Assembly (NCBI GenBank): GCA_029717555.1
Contig: JAMDHS010000012.1
Coordinates: 310,001 to 338,064 of the forward strand
From: Peribolospora baueri
Lineage: Eukaryota
Length of the DNA: 28,064 nucleotides
Direction of reading: 5' to 3'
Shown here: in pieces, positions 21,805 to 28,064 of the stretch
Layout of the letters: every line of letters begins with the position of its first letter
Position numbering within the stretch: the stretch's first letter is position 1
Translations under genes and position numbers: made by a program
Notes under the pieces: generated by a model
What the model was told of the DNA's origin: nothing
Database searches by the model: none
The model's input: only the letters and a program-made list of their open reading frames with translations

Positions 21805-22247
21805 ATCAGCTCTTTGTCGCAGGGAAAGGCTTTGGAGATAGTTCCACAGTCCCAGTTAGAGGTTCCTCTCGCTCAAGCCCGTACTACTAGCGTTGAACGA
21901 CACGGCCAGTCAACAAGTCGCGACGGAACTCTGAAGGAACGTTCGACCTCGTGACTGAGTCATTAGAAGACGGAATGGAGCTCAGGACGGAAAGAAGCAG
22001 ATACACATGAACGGCGCCTTTCCGTAACGGCTCCTGTAGTCTACGGGTCCAATGGAGGGACGTACAGTGTTTCTGCCTACACGCATGGTAGATACAACAA
22101 GCCTTGAGCTAGGCTAAGAGAGACGCACAAGTTGAGGGGGGAATAGACAACGATACTGCGGCAGACGCATGGATGTACAAACGCCACAGAAGAACGTACG
22201 AGCAAAACGAAATGGCGGGCACGGCGAGACGAATACAGTCCAGCTGA

Positions 22248-24008
22248 TCAAGCGGCCGCGATCTTTCGATCGGATGAGGAAGAAGAACCAGGAGCGGAGA
22301 GCGCGTCGGCGGCTTTGGCGGCCTCGATGCCCGCTTTCCCGACGCAATACGAGTTGAACATCGTCGAGTGACAGCATGCGAAACCCCATTCGCGTGATTC
22401 GAGAGAGAACCAAGAGCCCCAAACTGACGTGTGGTTGCCAGGGAAGACTGAATAGGAGGGTGGACAATAGATCATGACCAGGCTGTGAGTGCACTGCCCT
22501 TTCTTCGGAGAAGGAAACGGAGGTGATACAGGAAGAGAGAAACGCGAGACTCACCATCCTCCTCGTATTTGCTCTTGGCCTTTGCCTTCTCCCTTCCCTT
22601 GATCACATGACCCGTCCTTGAGTACTCCACATACTCCTCCGTCTGTCCACGAAGCAGTTCGGCAGGCACCTTCTGGAGATGCTCCGCGCCTCCGTACTTC
22701 TCCAAGATTGAGTTCCTTGTCGTTTCCCGCAGCGCGTCCTTCTTTTGCTGGAATTCCTTATACTGCAACTCATTCACCGTTGGGTTCGCCTGCAGGTGCA
22801 AGTCGCTCCCCCGAGACTCGGCTTGCCACGCGAAGAGCTGCAGCTTCTGCACCGCCGCCGCATCGCCCGTACCACGCGTGAAGTTGTCGCCCGCAAACTT
22901 GGAATCTTCCGCACCGACAGACTTGTCCGGCGCATCGCGCATCGAACGAGTCTTGGGGTCGTAGTACGCCGAGTCGATGCTGAGGTTGTGCAGGTACTTG
23001 GCGGTGTCCTCACGAATACGGAGGTTGCGCACCGTGATGCGTCGGTTGGTGTCTACCTTCTGTCCCGCCATGTTAGCGCTCTCCGCGTACTTGTCTTCGT
23101 CCTCTTCATCCTCGTCCGAGCTGCCAAAGTCGTCGTCCCCACGCGGACGCTTGCCTTTCTTGGCCACCTTTTTGGCCGCTGAAAGGTCTGTGGACGTCTG
23201 GTTGTCGATCTCTTCCTCGCGCAACCTCTTCCGTTCCTCCTCCATCGCCTGATATTCCTCAATCACTTGCTTGTGCTCAGCCGGGTCGTAGCCGTTCCAC
23301 CGATCCCGCTTCGCCTCGTAATCCACGTCCACCTCTTGAATGATCTCGTCCGGCGCAATGTCCTTCCCCGTCCACTTGGCGCCTTTCTTGCGCGGTCGCT
23401 CCAAGCAGTCTTTCACCTGATGCGTCATCGCTCCACAGTTGGTGCAAGCGCCTTTCCGGTACTTAGAGGCGGCCGGACCTTTGAGGCCGCGCTGGTACCA
23501 TTCTAATTGGTGGCAATGACAAACGAGGCGAGGTAGCAACCGTGAGAATCCTATGATGAAGCGGTAGGAGAACAGCCACGCGTCAGAGAGTACAGTACAA
23601 ACACTCACCATTGAGCTTCTCCGCCCGCGCGTCGTATTCTTTCTGCAATTTCTGGTGCTTCAAGGAAGGCTTGCCCGTGTCCATGTACCATGGCGCCTGG
23701 GCCATAAACTGGGGGATGTGCGGGTTGATCGCATTACCCTCCTCGTCAACCTCGGCGGGGGCCGTACCGGCCTTTCGTGCCGCATCGAGGTCCTTCTGCC
23801 GACGATACTCCTCGCGGGAAAGTTTTCCGATTGCTGGGGATAGGTGCCGTGGGAAGGAGTAGATGATAAGTCGTCGGCGGGACATGGGAGAGTGGGAAAG
23901 ACATAGGCGACGGTCAGCTTCTGAAAAGGTTATCTTCAACGCATACACAAGCAGAGCGTAAGGTACAGATTCCGACTTGCACTCACAGCTTGTTGAAGCG
24001 GTCGCCAT
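22248..24008 (-). CDS. SLU7: Pre-mRNA second-step splicing factor Slu7, ~464 aa
   Basis: Predicted exons 24008-23987, 23833-23609, 23502-22555, 22447-22248. Motifs: [34 protein letters not shown], zinc knuckle [74 protein letters not shown]. Confidence 0.96.
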
Positions 24009-24220
24009 GATGGACAACTGATTTGCGACTCTGCCGGTGGTCGAAGGGAAGGTGAGGAAAGGGTCATCGGTTGACGGAACTTGTGGCGACTCGGTCGGAG
24101 CGTCGCACATTCGGAGATATGCGGACGAACGCGCATTCGGTCACCGACGGCCATTTTTTGGACAAGCGTTTCGAAGATCTCGAGTCTCTTTCTTTACTCG
24201 TTGCACCAGTCCCAAGAGAA
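24009..24220. promoter_or_regulatory. Very short bidirectional promoter region between SLU7 and TBCB/ALF1
   Basis: Only 212 bp separate the divergent ATGs at 24008 (-) and 24221 (+). Confidence 0.6.
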
Positions 24221-25099
24221 ATGACCTGGCTCACTATCTTCGTCACGTCGCCCGACACCCACTCAGAGCGCCGCTTTGCCTCTGACCTATCCATAGGCGG
24301 GCTTAAACTCAAGCTTGAACCTATTACCGGCATCGCCGTCGCCGATCAGAAGCTCTCGCTCCTCGCCGAATCCGGGAGGGTCGTGGCGGAGTTGGGCGCT
24401 GCTGATGAGGGTAGGACTTTGGAGCAGAGCGGCGTCCGTGACTGGATGTGCATAAGGGTGAGCTAACATGTAACAAGTTGGCGATGACGAAGGGTCACGC
24501 TGAAGGGCACTGAATTCGCAACACCCGCAATAGGTAACAGACACCCGACCCGGCGCTTCGAACGTGGGCCAATTCACAGACGTGTCCCAGGTGGAAAAGT
24601 ACGAAATGGAGGATGAGGCCTACGCGAAGCGGAGAGGTGTGTCCAGCTACGTTGTTGTCTTTATCAAATTGAGGATGTTGCTGACGTTGAGCTCGTTTGA
24701 TCTATCCACCAAGACACCGTCATGGCCTTCAAGCAACGCAACAAGCTCGGCCGCTTCAGCGACGCCGCCTCTCATCGTTCTTCTCCTGATCCTTCCGCCC
24801 TTGCGGTGGACCCATCCATCGTTCCCGGCGCGAGGTGCCAGGTTGACCTGGGCGCATTTAAGAGACGAGGCACGATCCGCTTCGTCGGCCCAACCTCCTT
24901 TGGCCCAGCTGATGAAATGCCGTGGGTGGGCATGGAGTACGACGAGCCGGTCGGCAAAAACGACGGGAGCGTTGAGGGCAAAAGGTACTTTGAGTGCAAT
25001 TCCCGCTTTGGAGGGTTTGTGAGGCCCGACAAGGTCACTGTCGGAGATTTTGGGGAGGAGGATTTGATGGATGGGCTAGATGAAGATGAGGAGATGTGA
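24221..25099 (+). CDS. ALF1: Tubulin-folding cofactor B (N-terminal ubiquitin-like domain plus C-terminal CAP-Gly), ~241 aa
   Basis: Predicted exons 24221-24457, 24534-24636, 24714-25099. Motifs: SERRF..LKLKLEPITGI, VEKYEM..Y.KR.DTVMAFK..NKLGRF, CAP-Gly core WVGMEYDEPVGKNDGSVEGKRYFEC..GGFVRP, and an acidic tail ending EEM. Confidence 0.95.
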
Positions 25100-25929
25100 A
25101 GGGCACGTCCGGATGGGAAAGGAAAGAAGGCACTCTTCGTTACCCGTTTTACCCGTTCGCGCTTGGAATACCCACGTCAGTTGCGACTTGCTTCTCAATC
25201 TGTTTAATGTGCGGGATCGTGAATATATGGCACTCGAGCGCGGTCGGCGTTGCCCGACAAGACCAGCCGGAGGATACGAGAGGTGATAAAAAGGCCATGG
25301 GCAACATGGTGTTGTCACCATGGTTGGAGCTGCGCCGGCAGCCATGGTAGAGTCGACGTGCTGCTGCTCGTTATCGAGGTCCTGAGTCTGATCGACCTGA
25401 AGCGAAGCATGCGCGGACGAATCGTAAAAATGTCTGTTGTCTGTGAATGTCGCACCGCCCGATCTGTTTGCTTCTGACCGCTTGCAACGACCTCGTACGC
25501 TTACATCTTCATCGAGCATCCTACTCGTCCCATCATGACAGTGCTGATCGCCCATCTGCAATACGGACACCAAGACCGATCCTCTGCGGAAGGCGGGGCG
25601 AGGTTCGTTCGGCCATCAATGCCAAACGCAACACCGCCACCGGTTGTCTCGGCAATCAAGGCACTGGCTGATCGTCATCGACGGACCTCGACATCGCCTT
25701 TCCCCTCCCCACCAGGATATCCGGATGTCTGGCATTCTTCAGCGGGACGTCCACACAGCCATCGTCCTTGTATGCATCCTCCAACACCTGATGTCAAGTC
25801 TTTCGAGTGCTCCGGGACGACGGCTCGACACGAGCTCTGACTTTCAACTGCCTTACGTCCAGCTCGACTCTCTTCTCGAGAGCCGAAGTATACTCTGTCA
25901 AGGGTACCCGATGGAGGCCACGTCTTGCC

Positions 25930-25936
25930 TATAAAA
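25930..25936 (+). promoter_or_regulatory. Candidate TATA box of the small secreted protein gene
   Basis: TATAAAA lies 128 nt upstream of ATG 26058 and is followed by a CT-rich stretch typical of fungal start-site regions. Confidence 0.55.
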
Positions 25937-26057
25937 CGTGCCACCGCTGCTGGGAAACGTCGGAGCTTTCCTCCATCATTCTCTCTCCACCCTTCTCCCA
26001 CGGCCGCTACCTCGTTCCACACCTTATCTCATTCTTCCTTCCTCCTCTCCAGTCAAC

Positions 26058-26850
26058 ATGCTGCCCAAGACGACCTTCACTGCCTGCGTGCTTGCCTCCG
26101 CCTCTGCGCTCCTTGCAACCTCCGCCGCTCAGGCCTTCCCCCTCACCGAGCGCCAGTCGAACACCTGCCAGAACGCGTCCCACGACACGCTTTGCTCTCC
26201 CGTTGCGGGCTCGACGATGGACGCCAATACGCAGCCGTTCGCGTTCGCTTACCATGGCACCAGCGACGGGACCCACTTTACCGAGTACGTCACCGTCGCG
26301 CTCCAACCTACGGACGGCTCGAACCAGTACTACGACGTGGTGCGTTGGCCTTGCTCCATTCGTTCTGGGTATGCTCGTGGTGCACCAGTCAACCCGAGGA
26401 ACTTCCTACCCATCCTGGCGACTTGTGGCTATGTCTGTCGTCCTCTCCGCTCATTGAATAGTCTTTTTCCTCATCCTCCTCCATCGTCACCCGGACACTT
26501 CCTCAGTTTAACAACAGCCAGATCACCCCCCCTTCCGGGCACATTTACTTTGATCGCCAGGAGTTCTTGCCGTGCGGCATCCCTACGGGAGAATACAATG
26601 TCATCGTGAGTATCTTTTTTGCTCTCATGTCGCATGATTGCCCCTCGCCCATTTACGGCAGAGTGGGCTTGGGCCCGCCCCTCCCGGAGACCTTGCGTCT
26701 ATCTCACGCATTCGGCCGTTCCTAACCGCGACGTACGAGCAGGTGACCGACTACAAGTTGAACCGTCTCAAGGCGGGCGTGAGCTCTGTATATCACCAGG
26801 TCAACTCGTACGGCCCCATCACTCTCTCCCCCGGCACGGGCTCCTGTTGA
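26058..26850 (+). CDS. Small secreted protein of unknown function (~160-177 aa), signal peptide, four Cys in the mature part
   Basis: Predicted exons 26058-26339, 26507 (or 26462)-26605, 26743-26850; donors GTGCGT and GTGAGT, branch CTAAC at 26722. The N-terminus MLPKTTFTACVLASASALLATSAAQA|FPLTER|Q looks like a signal peptide plus short propeptide. The protein ends ..GPITLSPGTGSC*. Confidence 0.75.
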
Positions 26851-27168
26851 TAGACTTGAGCCATTCGCTCAGCTGTCGGCTTAGACCGGTGGACTTGCGG
26901 AAACCACCCCGTATGGAAGTCGTTTGGCGTCCGTGCGCCTTCGATTTTGGGCACCACGACGAGCACGAAAACGATGCATGCGAGGTGATGGACAATTAAG
27001 GTGATGAGCTCTTTTGTACATACTGTACAATATGTGTACCCATTAAGTGTACCCATTTGCTTGCTGTGTGTCAGCCCACAGAGGTGTATGTTGAGGCTGT
27101 GTCGCGGAATTGTGTGAACGTGAGAGCTTAATTCGCAGCGCCGCCTTCTTTCTGAGAGGATGTCGTAG

Positions 27169-28064
<896 letters not shown>

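Noticed and set aside
25100..25929. Possible small gene or transposon relic, including an imperfect CCATGG-bounded hairpin at ~25295-25323
   Set aside because: There are no transposase or RT motifs, terminal repeats or convincing exon chain, and the hairpin is short enough to arise by chance.

Overview
Eukaryotic, intron-rich, GC-rich fungal DNA, most likely a basidiomycete. This is inferred from GTGAGT/GTGCGT/GTAAGT donors, CTGAC/CTAAC branch sites, short introns of about 75-230 nt and fungal-type ubiquitin; the species cannot be named from this window. I rebuilt ten spliced genes by hand, and exon phases are consistent in all of them: UTP17/NAN1 (probably 5'-truncated), a large two-CCCH zinc-finger low-complexity protein, fumarase FUM1, a three-RRM Rim4/Mug28-like RNA-binding protein, squalene synthase ERG9, IBA57, SLU7, tubulin cofactor B (ALF1/TBCB), an unrecognised small secreted protein, and a polyubiquitin gene (3'-truncated). 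Three pairs are head-to-head: CCCH/FUM1, ERG9/IBA57 and SLU7/TBCB. I found no prokaryotic-type systems, CRISPR arrays, rRNA, tRNA or recognisable transposons. This looks mostly like a core housekeeping region. The best leads are the divergent Rim4-like protein with its long upstream region, the CCCH/PAM2-like protein, the orphan secreted protein with PUF-type 3' elements, dual-start FUM1 and several splicing oddities. I do not claim a confirmed new multi-gene system.
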